Assembly: GCF_025526975.1 (NCBI RefSeq)
Contig: NW_026515671.1
Coordinates: forward strand, 868,001-932,000
Direction: 5' to 3'
Length of the DNA: 64,000 nt
From: Fimicolochytrium jonesii
Taxonomy: Eukaryota
Shown: in pieces, positions 11,262-23,700 of the stretch
Position numbering within the stretch: position 1 is the stretch's first letter
Layout: every line of letters starts with the position of its first letter
Notes under the pieces: model-generated
What the model saw: the letters and a program-made list of their open reading frames with translations, nothing else
Databases searched by the model: none
Told to the model about the DNA's origin: nothing
Program-made: the position numbers and the translations under genes

Positions 11262-14200
11262 CTAAGCGCTCTTCGGCTCGGAGACGGTAACATTGGGAAC
11301 TTGCACCCGGGTTTCGCTAAGAACTGAACGCCTGCGTCGTTCTTTGTCGGGTGGCCCGCTCGACGGCGGCCGCGGTCCGTGCTCCGCAGGAGACATTATG
11401 TCGAGTGTAGGTGACATGAAGATGTCATCTTCATGCTCGCGAGTCTCTACGTCGGAAGCTTCGTTCTCCTCTGGCTCTGGGTATGCATCGTCCTCAAAGT
11501 CATCAAAGGCGTCAGAATCATGCTCAGTCTCCATTTGTCTGAAGCTCTCCGAAGTTCTTTTCGAAGGCGTTTTCATCGGTGATGAAGCCATTTGACGAAC
11601 TGTGATGCGAGCCATGGACAACGAAGTGGTGTTCATCAGGTTGCCGAAATTGCCTTCGGCCTCCTCATCTTGTTCTTCGACGTCATCCTCAAAGTCCGAC
11701 GTTATGTCAGTGTCGAGAACGATTGGCCGGTTTCCTCGCACTGTTCCACGTTGGAACAATGGCAACTGGCCTTTGACAGGTTTCAATCTCATATATGCTT
11801 CCTCGTTTGCACCGACCATCGTTAAGAAAGTCCCGACAGGCGCTTGGGCATTCGCGATCTTCTCGGCCGCCGTGGCTGATACACCGCCTGAGATATCGAT
11901 CGAGCTCAGCAATTTGTTGCGGAGGTCCGCGAACCTTTCTCCCTCGGCATCGGAAGTGGCATCGCTGGTTGCCGAGTCCGAGGGTGACTTGGCCTTTTCA
12001 AGCTTCGCACGGGCCATACGCTCCGCGTACGCTTCTTTCTGACGCAATGCCTTTTCTCTTGCCGCATTCTCTACGTGCGCTTTCTGAAGGGCCGCCGAGA
12101 AGGAAGAAAATATTCCGAAGAAGTCTTCAGGTGCATCAGATCGTTCGGTAGGATCGTCGCCAAAGAAAGCGATCAAGTCCGTCACATTTTTTTCGGCTAC
12201 AGACGCCTGATATTCGAGTCCGGAGATCTTCACGTCCGCTCTCATCTTGAACGCATCCATGACCAACACGAACTGGTCGCCTTCCGGTCGCGAATCCAGC
12301 TTTTCGACCTCCATCAATTCGGCTTTCAACGCAGTGAGTCCGCGACGAAGTTCCTTGATAGAGGCGAACAAGGCTGGAATGGAAACCCGCGCTGCCAAGT
12401 CCACTCTCGGCATATCGCGAATGAAATCGATGAGTTCTGGTTCTTTCTCGGCCAATATCTTCGCTAGGAAATGGAGCAACGTGGGAACCTGATTTCCCGC
12501 ACCATTCGAGCGGATGTCTTTCAAAGTGAGAAGTGCGTCCAACTTGAACCCGTGCGCTTCTCCACGGAAGGACGTTCCATTCATGTAGTTGCCCAATATC
12601 AGGACTTCCTTCAAAAGTTTGCGCAATTTATCGGAATTCTTGACTTGTTCGCAAGCAAGAAGCACCGTCTCCATGTCGGGAACCACTTCGACCACTTCTT
12701 CCTCGAAACGCTTGCGGAACAACATGTGTTCCAGCCTGTGGCCAAACCGTGGGATGTCCATTATCTCCCGAATATACTTTTCGGCATTTCCGAGCTCCTC
12801 TACATCGCCCTCGTAAGCGCGGACAAGGTCGTATTCTTCAGCCGTGGGCGCCCACGTTCTGAGACTATTGAGACGCTCAGAAGTCATCACAGAGTCATCC
12901 ATGGCGATGATGGCAGTCTGAATATCTCGGTAAGCTAGTCGCACCCCTCCGAGCATGATGGCGATATTCTGAGCTCTCCTCTGGTCGATGAGAGTGACGA
13001 CTTTCTTGACTTGCACTTCTTTCGGTGCTTGCACTACAGGTCGCACAACAGCTTCCTCCTTCACGAATAGTTCCTCTAAATCCTTTCGATCGAAAGGTAT
13101 TGCGTCGCTCTCTGAACGACCGTAGGCTTTGTTCATGACATCCTCCCAGATGGTCGACTCGGTAGCTCGATTGGACAATTTCGTCCATTGCAAGGCCTTC
13201 ATAGCTCTGCTCGCTTTTGCAATTTTGAAACTCTTGGACGCCGATAAAGCGCCTAACGGCCCAGGAGGTGGTGGCGGCCCAGGTGCGGGAGGTGGCGGAG
13301 GAGGCGGGGGCGGTGGAGGTGGCGGTGGGGGTGGGTTTACGCTGACAGTCTCAAGTTTGCCCGATTCCGGAGCCTCTGCAATTAAGGACATCCGGGAAGT
13401 CAAAGGATTGACCGACGATAGGTCGTTTCGTGAGGCCGAGCGGAGGTCAGTGATGATGTCTTCCAACCGGCGAATCTCCTCCCACAGGACACCGATACCA
13501 GCGCCTTGTGGCAGTCTGTTGAGTGCCGGGTTTGACGGCCGCACAGAATCAGGCGAGTCGGCTGGCAATGAGGGCAATGAGGGCAATGGGCGGCCCTGGC
13601 GTGAGGAGGACCCGTCTGCGGACACCTGCGCAACACCAGGTCCATATCCTGCAAGACGAGCGTGTTCCGGCATGGGAAACTGTACTCGATCGAATACAAC
13701 TTGTTGTGCTCCTCCCGGAGTGGTAGGAGGATAACCCTGGAAAGACTGATTTTCACTTTAGCCAAAGCTGAAGTCGCAAACACATGAACGCGCACGATCC
13801 ACTCACATCGGTACTCTGATATGCTCTCCGACCCGACCCAGCTCCTATTCTATTCGATCCCGCATGCGAGTCGTTCAAAACCTGTTGTACTTGTATCGGA
13901 AATCCAGCAATCTCTTCCACATTCTGCAATAAATCAGCTGCAATTGCACTGAATCTGGCTGCACGAGCATTCCCGATCTTGGGGTTCTGAGATGCGTCTA
14001 TGGATATCCCACTGTTGATACTTTCAGTAAGCCGTTCAATCAGGGCCAAAATTTCGGTGGGATCCTCTTCGTTCAAGTGTGACGGTGCTGCAGAGGATGC
14101 TCCGTTTGATGATTCGTGTGATGATGGACTCTTATTCTGTAGGGTGCTGATGACGTTCAGAAGGTTCTTCAAAGTCACAGTCACAAGATTGCTAGCGCGT

Positions 14201-16315
14201 TCTGGGAAATCGAGCGCCTTCGCCTTGTTGAGCATGTCGGATAGTATGGTGCGAGGGTCCTCCAAAGTGGCGTTCAGATCCTTGAAAGTCTCTTCCATCA
14301 TTTCTATGTCATCTTTCCGATCGGCCTCGTACGCCTCCAGTTGTATCGTAAAGGCCGGAGATGGTTTGAGGTCCCGTAATATATGCGTTATCCTCCTGAG
14401 GCCGCGTTTCTCGATCTCCTTCCGCACAAGCCATCTTTCCTGCGTCTCATCCGGCGCCGAAATTAGGCCATTAATGAAAATCATCACGCTCGCTCGGTAT
14501 TCCCAAAGCAAATCCGGGTCGTCTCGTATTTGGTTTTCGCCCAGTGCTTCCGGATCTGTGTCCGTGGGACCAATGAAAGGGTCCAGGAGTGAGTGCACCA
14601 GGAAGCTAAAGCGAGCCGGCTCTCTCTGTGCGATTGCAAGGTCTGTCATAGACTGCAACGCGTTCGTTCGTCCCGTTTCCGAAAGTAAGCACAACGGGCC
14701 TAAAAGACCAGCGACAGCTGATCTCAACGATAAGTTCGCTCGGCGAGCCCGCACATCTGGCTTTGCCATGTTGGTAGTTGAGTTGGCGGGAGCTTCCAGA
14801 CAATTCACCAGATGGCTCATGAGATTCGGTGAGGCTACAACCGACGCATAGGCCATATTCGCATTCAAGATCAGCTTCACACAGCGAATAGCTTCCAACG
14901 CAAGTTCGTCCTCCATGACCGCATCCGCGTACGAGGCATGCCCTCCTCGCTGTTGGTGTTGCAGATTGGCAGGGAGGTACATAGGCCTCGGCCCTCTCAA
15001 AAACTCCGGTGCTGTCCCGGAGCGTCTTGAATGTTTCGCTTCGGCTATTCGGTCCAATACCACCTCAAATGCTGACATCCCGCGGCTTCCCCTTGGCCCG
15101 ATCTCCGCCATGTCGGCATTCACAACATTGCGGATATATTCTTGCCCAGAGAGAGATAGTGTTATGCGAAATGCTGTCAAATGGCGGTACAGAGCCTTCA
15201 TCGGTGTGTTTCTAAAAAGGAACTGGAGGTTATATGTCTATCGACACTCAATATCAATGCCACTGCTGTCCTAACCTGTTGCCCAGGAATGCTATGAACT
15301 GCTGCGGCGAATACTCTCCAACGGGCGACGTGGCATTCGATTGATCGGCCAGGGAATCCCATCGCTCAGGACTATCACGCTGGGAGATGCGCCTGCCAGA
15401 TGGGGATGCGGGTCCACCTTCATATGCCGATCGTTTCCGCGCATCCTGCCCACTACTACGGCGGCGCACGTTTTGATATTGTTTTATGATGTCCATCTGA
15501 TGCCTCCAGTCCATCTTCAGCATATTGTCACGGGCAGATCCTTGAATATCCAGCGCATTCTGATGAAGGGATGTAAGCTACCGAGCCGAGACAACGCGCT
15601 CGCCACGCTCACGTACCAGTACTGCTCGGAACGCACCCTCCAAAGCCGGGCCTTCCAGCTGCTGCCCTCCTTCTGATGGGTAAGGGGTTGTTTGCGAGAC
15701 TCTTCCGCTCGATGATGAACGCCCTTCCCCGGCATATGCCTGTGATGCCGGACGATCGGCATCCCCTTGTTTCTCAAGCTCTCGACGTCTGCGGTATTGC
15801 TGAATGACCTCGGCCTTCTTCTTCGTGTCCAGGGTTCGAATCATAGTGCTCCGAGCAGAACCTGTTATGTTCAGTCTATCCAAAACAATCAAGAACTGTT
15901 GTTCCAGTCTGTCTGCGGTATCGCTGGAGACACTCGTGCGCGGGGAAGCTGCGGGGCTATGTGCACTTGAGCCTGAACCAGACCCAGGCCGATTTGTTCC
16001 CAACTGGTCTTTGGGTCGTGTCTGCCGCCAATCCATTATCAAGCGCTTCTTTCTGGTATCGTCAAAGCGAAGCATATGCGTTCTTGCTGGTCCCGATATC
16101 CCTCTCTCGTCCAGCATAAGTTCAAAGGAGCGGCGAAGCGCATCTTGACCACCCGGAGCAACTCTATCATCTCCGGCACTCCCACCCTTAAAAAGCTTGC
16201 TCCCCAGCTTTTCCAGCTTCGCCAGCTTCCCTTCCACGGAACTCTTCAGCGAATGCCCATGAAAGGCGTCGGAACTTCGCCTGGACTGCTCTGTGGGAAA
16301 CGAAGGCCTGTACAT
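11262..16315 (-). CDS. Diaphanous-related formin (GBD/FH3-FH1-FH2), 4 exons
   Basis: Poly-proline FH1 at ~13260-13335. FH2 motifs MKALQWTKL, RAQNIAIML, ILGNYMNG, GFKLDAL and TLLHF. Armadillo-like FH3 in ORF 13753-15201. Introns were found at each ORF break. The ATG at 16315 is inferred. Confidence 0.92.
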
Positions 16316-16842
16316 GGCTACCAGCGGCTTTGTCAGTGGCGCTTTGTTTCTTCTCCGGTTCGACAATAGCTTCTGGAAGTAGCAGCGTTGCCCTCCTGCC
16401 CAGCACCCACTCAGCAACTGCTTTTTTTCCGAACGCTGTCGGCTGCCAAAGTTGCACCTGTTGTAATGAGTAGGCAATTCAAAGAATTTTGGGCAAAGGA
16501 ATGCTCAGGACGGTGAGTGATATCCGAACGACCGCGTCAGGCCGTCATTCCGTGCCGTTAAATTTCAGATCTACTTTTTCTACACCATATGACATTTGAG
16601 CCGGAGTTCGAGCTACCTTTCCCCGGCTTTTTACCCCCCGAACCCAAACTATTGCCTCGCTTGAAGCAGGTTAGGAGTTGCGGTGCTTTTGACCGGTTTC
16701 ATCTCCTTACGCCGCTTCCCCTCACATCTCGGCGATGAAACCCCACCACCTGACGTAGACTCATGGTCTCGCATCGCACCTCCACCGCGCGGCGTCCCAA
16801 AAACCCCAAGAAGGGCCAACACCTCCGCTTTCGTCAGCTTCA

Positions 16843-17926
16843 TCATGAGTCAGCAACGCTCCGCACAAACTCGGCAGACGCGGGGTGTGCCATAGCAGGA
16901 TGCGGGGGCGGTTTGACGCCGCGCGCGTGGAGGAAGTTCAGGAGAGGGTGTTCGAGGCGTCGGACCTGGGTCATCCAAAAGACGGTCATCATTCTGAGGG
17001 GAAAACACACCGATTTGCCATTGTGATACGCACCATAGCAGCAAAAGGGTTATCGCCCTCCTCGGTGACGATCTTCGTTACGAGCACTGTTAGGAGACCC
17101 GCGGAGTTGCCGTAGACGACGTCGGTGAGGAGGCGGTCGCCGATGACGCCAATTTGGGCGGGGGGGACGGAGAGGTGGGTCGGGAGAGCGGAGCCGCCTG
17201 CTGGTTTCTGAGTGAATCGATGAGGGGTGAGGTGAAGATTATGCACAGGCATTGATGGTGGTGGCGAGCATACCTTGGTGTTGTGTCGTAACACGTTTAC
17301 GCCTAAGGAGGAAATGGAGAGCCGTTGGCGACCGGGTGATGGGTTCGAAACGGGGAGTGGTCATGCCTCGGTCCGGTGTGGCCTATTCCTACGTCTCGTT
17401 GGATGGCGCAGAACTTCCATGCTAACATACCCAGCGTCTTCTCCACTTCCCGTGCCTGCAATCGTCGTTTCAGTACCCAGCCCCTCATCTCAATGCCGTT
17501 CGCTCAACACCATGCGGGCGAATATCCCACCACCCATACTTATCCATCAAAACCAACCTTTGCGCCCCCAACATCATCCCCCGTCCCCGCCGAATTGCTC
17601 ACAACAACCACCCCCTCCCGTCCATAAACGCCCAAACACTCCCTCCACGCCCCTCGAAATGGCGGATGGATCCCCACGACGTACGGCGCAGTCAGCGTGT
17701 TGTCTTTATCAAAGACGAGTGCGGTGACATTGGCTGCGTGTAGGGCAGTGAAATTTAGGGACCGGATGTCTGTAGTGGGGCAGGGATGTGAGGTTATAAT
17801 GATATGGGTGGGAGATGGGCCGAGGGAGAGCTTACCGGGGACGATGATGTGCGGGACGAGGAGGGAGGGGTTGCGGATGAGACGGAAGGTGGAGCTGAGG
17901 GCGGCGAGGTTGAGGGATTGTACCAT
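16843..17926 (-). CDS. GEP4: Mitochondrial phosphatidylglycerophosphatase (HAD family), ~6 exons
   Basis: MVQSLNLAA..LLVPH; VFDKDNTLTAPY; VVSNSAG; VLRHNTK|KPAG; GVIGDRLLTDVVYGN. These are the Gep4/YqeG HAD motifs. Confidence 0.9.
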
Positions 17927-18369
17927 GGTGGGTGTGCATGCGGTGGGACCCTGGGGTTTAGCTTCGCTCCTGTGTCTGTCTGGCCGTCTGCTTTGTTTGG
18001 CTATTCGTCCCGCCCGTCCTTTTCACCCGCGCACGGCGTAACAGTACAGAGGGGGTCGCGACATGAGAGCGGGGAGAGTCTTGAGACGCGTTTTCGATCT
18101 CACAGCTTGAGCAGGGCAGAGGCAGGGCTTCACATTCACGAGATGGCTTAAGATTGTCACTGGCTCAATAAGCTCAAGCTGGGTTCCCTACTGCTAGATG
18201 GCTTGGGAGGTTCGGGGTCAAACGCGGTGAGGGCTGCTGGGCTGGAGCAAGACCAAAATAAGAGTAGGATTATCTTTGTTTTGTTCCCCGGACTCGCATT
18301 CACCGCTTTCGCTCGGAATATGAGCCCACGCCAAATCTCGCTTACCTCATTACAGTATCTCTGCCAAGG

Positions 18370-20396
18370 ATGCCAGCTAGTCGATCAGCTTCCGCTTCTT
18401 TTCCGCGTCTTGACGGCGCGGCCTCTCGGGCCGCAGGAGGGGCACAGACCTCGTTGCGATGGCCACGCAGAGGAGCTTTGTTAGGCACGCATACGGAGTT
18501 TGAAGCTGTTTTCACAGCTCGAGGTGCGCTCGACACCACAACAACCGATATGATGGCATCAAAATCGGGGGCCTGGAAATTCGGAAGGTGGGGGTCCTTT
18601 GACATTATTGCCTTCCATGTCCTCCATTAACGGTAATCCAGCAATATAATGACTGCCGACGACGAACTGCCAGCGCTGCTGCGCCTGCGTAACAAGAAAC
18701 GAGGCCAGTAAGTGACATTTGGCGGTTAGCTGCATATGACCAGAGTATGGCTTGCTAATCACACCCTCAGATTAACAACTCATTTCAACGGCAAGGACTG
18801 GGACATTTGGGAGTTGAAACGTGAGATGCCCGCGCATCAGAGTTGTTGTGCTATTGTATCCACTCTTGTACTGACAGCTCTCTTAGGCACGGCGCTAGCG
18901 AAAACGTCGATTACGAGGATGACACATTCCTTCACTGCAGTCATCGAATCTACCCAACTGGACGATTTCTTCATCAAAGGGGCGCACTACATACGGTAAC
19001 AATCGGACCTCTTTGACATGGGGCTGGTCTGCATTTTCCAAGACAGTCTCACCATTTGGATGTTGCAGATGGTTCATTCGAACTCTGGTTCTCGAAAAGT
19101 CGCAGAGTAACAACCCGTTGGGCTTGGCTGATCATCAGCAGACTAAGCCATTGGGTTTAAGCGAAGCAGCCAAGTACGTCATTAGAACGAGCTATATGCA
19201 AGAGCATGGCAGAGTTGAAGCTCCTTTCCCTTGCCCACAGAGCGATGTTATTTGGGGGCCAGGAGCTGACGTTGGAAAATTGCCGCCAAGGACGGGAATC
19301 AGCTCTGCGTCAATTTGGGCACTCTTATTGCTTTCTGTTGCTGTACGTGTCCAAAAACAGTGGAGAGCCAGCGAAGGAACGGACCTATTTTGAGGTATTC
19401 CCGGTCTCACTAGCACCTACATCCCCTTTGAGTTGTACTTGGACGGTCCTAACTTCCTTTCTTCTCTTATGGACTACAGTACATCTACCTATTCGCCAAG
19501 GAGATCATCAACACGATGCTGAGTCTTCCGTCATTCGCAACGGCTGTGAACAGGCATCTCGAACTCTTCTTCCGGTCCCGCCTATTTCAAAATCATCAAA
19601 CCCCCGAACCTACGGGTGTTGCAGAAAAGTCAGACCAGAGCATAGCCAAAGTTCTTGGAACCGGTCGTCGTTTGTCAGCACATCCCAAAGGATTCGAGAA
19701 GCCACGCAAATCAGTATTACCTGAGGCAAACACGGAACAAGTCTTGGGACAGATACTGGGTCTGACGACTCAGCTCCGAAAACCTGTCCTTCACCCTTCA
19801 AGAGAGCAGACACTGATGAATGCACCGTCTTCAAAAGGAGACAAAGGTGTACGGCCTGCGTTGCATAACCGGGGAAAAGGCTCTGCCGGAGCGACACGCA
19901 CATCAAAGTCAAACGTCAACACTGCGTGGGTAACTCGCCCAATAGCAAAGGCCTCGGCTAAGGTGAACGAGCCGGAGGGGAGAGGCACTTCCATCCCGCC
20001 TACTGGCGGATGGGCCACAGTGGATGCAACCCAAATGAACGACACGGTTGCAGCTGCCCGATTGACAACTTCCGAAGACGACACTGAGGAGAATGGTCTC
20101 AGGCAGGATATGGCAGCCTCTGACGATGAACCTGAAGAGCGTAGCAGACCGATTCGCAGCGCGGCGATGAAAGAAAAGGAGCGGCTCAGGCGACGGTATG
20201 TTTGTCCACTGGCGAAACGCGAGAGATCCCTGTGTTTCTGAGGCTTCATTCGGCCCCATGTACATACAGGAAGGTCCGGATCAACGATGTCCGTATGGCG
20301 CGGTCACCGCTCGCAGACGCCGTCTTACCACCACCACAACGCTTCCTTTTCATCCATACTCGCTCGAGCGCCATTGGTAGTATAGCGACACTATAA
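18370..20396 (+). CDS. PPP1R36-like (protein phosphatase 1 regulatory subunit 36) protein, ~8 exons
   Basis: Phase-consistent GT-AG splicing gives ...WDIWELKRTALAKTSITRMTHSFTAVIESTQLDDFFIKGAHYIRWFI...RQFGHSYCFLLL...KERTYFEYIYLFAKEII...VNRHLELFFRSRLF...RSPLADAVLP. This matches recalled PPP1R36 blocks (LDNFL..LLYY; YCILVL; FFESFY; GRLFRTNMF; RSPVLSTLLP). Confidence 0.65.
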
Positions 20397-20740
20397 TGAG
20401 GTAGAGCGTTTGATATGTAGTACTAGAGCTTAGACAAGTACGTTACGATCGGCTGAGTTCCAAGAAAAAGAACGCGTCGGAGTCGATGACGCGAGCGCTT
20501 TCTGCCTTTCTGCTGTTCCACCTTCTGCTCTTTCTGCAACTTGCAAGCAGTGCGCCTTTACGGACTAAATTTAAATATACAGTAAAACGACATCGTCCAG
20601 AGTTGACTTATTATCTATCTTCCCGGGCTCCCTTTCCTTTTATTCCCCTGACACTCGAGGGCGAAACAGAAGGTTTAAATAGAGGTTCGCTAGACGGGGT
20701 TTCAACGCACTCATAGCATTCATCGAAGGACACCGAAGTT

Positions 20741-23700
20741 ATGGCCAGAGGATCAGCTGCCGGAGCAAATAGACAGCGCAAAGGTGGCGGTCGCAAGCGT
20801 GGTGGTGGCGGTGGCGGCGGTGGTAGAGGCCGTGGCGGCAGCAAGCGGGGTGAGCGCGGAGGATTCACACCTTCCGCCACTAGGAGTGCCCGGACATTCA
20901 AAGGGCACGATAGCGACTCCGACTTCGACATGGGCGGCGGCAGAGGCACCAGCTTTCGCGGCTTGGAACTTGCGTACGATTGGGAAACAGATGACGTGAT
21001 TGTCCTTGGGAAGAAGGGCTTGCGACCCGGTTCGGAGAGCAAAAAGAAAGGGGCTTCCGGTGCAGCTGGGCACAGCCCGATGGTTTTAAAGAAGTCGAAG
21101 AAGGCTCAGAAGGACCTTTCCCATGTGCCCGAACTCCGCTTGGACAAGCCACGCTATTTACAACTCCGCAAGGTCCTTGAGCGGTATCAAAAAGCGCAAG
21201 CGGTGATTGAGAAGGAGCTTGCAGCATATCGACGCGAGAATGGGGAAGACGGAGAGGATAGTGAAGATGAAGACGACGACGACGATGAGGAGGAGGACGA
21301 CGATGATGATGAAGATGGCGACGACATGGAAGGCCTGATTCGGGAAATGAATGGTGCAAGCTTTTATGATCGATCTTCCACTTCCTATTCTGACGAAGAG
21401 GATGATTCTGAGAGTGGAGATGAAGAAGAGCCGAGTGACAATGAGGATGATGCCGATTACCTGAATGAACTTGCCGGCCGTGGAAAGGGCCAGAGAACTG
21501 GCGGCGCTCAGCTGGACGATGACAGTGAAGATGACGTCGACGTGACTTCGGAAACGAACGAGGAGGTATGTCATCGTCGATCTTAGCATGTCTTCTAAAG
21601 CTCAAACATGCTCATACACAGCGCTTTCTCCAGGACTTTGATCTATGGGGTTCGTCAACGGGACCTGTAGCACCGACAAAAGTCGCTGTTCCGAGCAGGC
21701 GTGTTTTCGATATTCCTTCACCGGATCCCCGGAAGGCCACAGATAGCGCCTACATTGCTTGGCTCGAGTCGCTCGGTGTTGCACGTACCTACGCCACTTC
21801 GGCGCTGCAACATACGAACAACGATCGTCTCGCAGCAGTGGCCTATCTGTACTCGAAAGCCGGCGCAACTGTAGTCCTCCCGGAAACCGACTTGGGGCCG
21901 GAGCTCAGTGCAGAAGCAGCTGATATGCGGGAGGCCGAGAGGACAGTTCTGGAAAGTATGTACCAGGACCACTTCTCATTTTATACGAGAGACGATGGAT
22001 CCGCGGTTTGGCAAATCAGTGGTCTTCAGGTGGATCTGCCCCCGCAAATAGGCACAGCCAACGCCCGGTCATCAACACTGAAGTTGACACTGCAACTTCA
22101 CCATCGCCGCAAAACAGCGTATCCATTTGAGCCACCGATTGTGGTCCTTCAAGCGTCCGACAACCCGGTCGGTAGCCGACAGTATAGCGCACCCATTCTT
22201 GCATTAGCTATGATGCTGCAATTGTGCGCAACTGAACATGTTGGGGAGGCAGTGACGGACATTCTCACGATGTCCCTACAGACCCCTGAGGCAACCACCT
22301 GCATCAGCAACGTCTCAAAACGTGTGATGGAGTTGGCATCGGGACAGAATGCTCAGCATGCGATTCAGGAATCCATAGGGAAGGCCTCGTCGTCAGCAAG
22401 TCGTGTTTTGGTCATCAAACACGACTCTGAAACAGCAACATCGAGTAGACAGGCGTCTCGCTCACAGAGCAATAGCAGTGTCACTGTACCGAAGCTCATC
22501 AGGGGTCCACGGGGAGGTGTTCCGACGATGAACATGCTTGATTATGGGATCGGTGTTGCAGTGTGCTTGAAAGAGGATCAAGGGACGGATAGGCTTGTCA
22601 CTGGTCTTCTAGACGAGTTTCTTACTCGAGGCGATCACCCGCGGGGCATCAAGGTTCGCCTACAAAATGGCAAGGTGGGTCGCGTTCAAGCGGTGATCAA
22701 ACCGGCAGCACAGTTACAGACGTCTGTACCTAAACAAGTAGATCGCGCCGCTACTCCTATTCAAAAGCCACCAAGGTCTGTCGCTATCATCACAAACGAT
22801 ACACTGCCGAGGACACCAACGGCTGCGCCGATGGAGACCCCTGTCAAACAACAAGAAAATCGTCCACAGCCGGCCCCGGTCATACCCACTAAACCTCCCC
22901 CCGAATTGAAGGCCCTCAATCATAAGCTTTTCGATCAGCATCAGCATCGTTCAAGTGATCCCGCCATCCTCAAGATGATTGAAGCGCGGCAGAGGTTACC
23001 GGCGTGGGACCATCAGAAGCTCATACTGGATGCTCTGGCATCTCACCGCGTGATCGTGGTGGAAGGAGAGACAGGTTGTGGTAAAACAACACAAGTGCCT
23101 CAGGTAAGAGCGCCTCAGATCTGATGTATGATTGAGGGTGTGTAAAAGCCTAAGCCTATGCCAACTTGCAGTTCATTCTGGACGACTTCATCACGAAACG
23201 CCGAGGCGCGGAGTGCAACATCCTGGTCACGCAGCCTCGGAGGATCAGCGCCATTGGTGTAGCCGAGCGTGTAGCTGCCGAGCGGGCAGAACCACTCGGA
23301 AAAACTGTCGGATACCAGATCAGACTGGAAAGCAGAATGAGCGACCAAACTAGGATTTTATTCGCAACTACTGGAATCTTGCTCCGAAGGCTAGAAGGCG
23401 CAGGAGCAAAGGCGATGGACGCCAATGGAAGCGACGCTAAGCACCCTAGTGACAATTACGAAGGTGGAATCGATGACATTACGCACATCGTTGTCGATGA
23501 GGTGCATGAGCGCTCCGTTGACTCGGACTTCCTGCTGATGGTACTGAGGGATCTACTGGAGACCAACACGAAGTTGAAGGTCGTCCTGATGTCCGCGACT
23601 TTGAACGCGGCCTTGTTCCAAGACTATTTCGGTGGACCGGCGGTTACTCCAAGAATCCATATCCCCGGGCGTACGTTTCCCGTCAAGGTTATGTTCCTTG

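Noticed and set aside
11293..15274. Long antisense ORFs over the formin, and similar shadows over Rim15, the helicase, RPL2 and LCB1
   Set aside because: These are shadows of codon-biased sense genes with no recognisable motifs.
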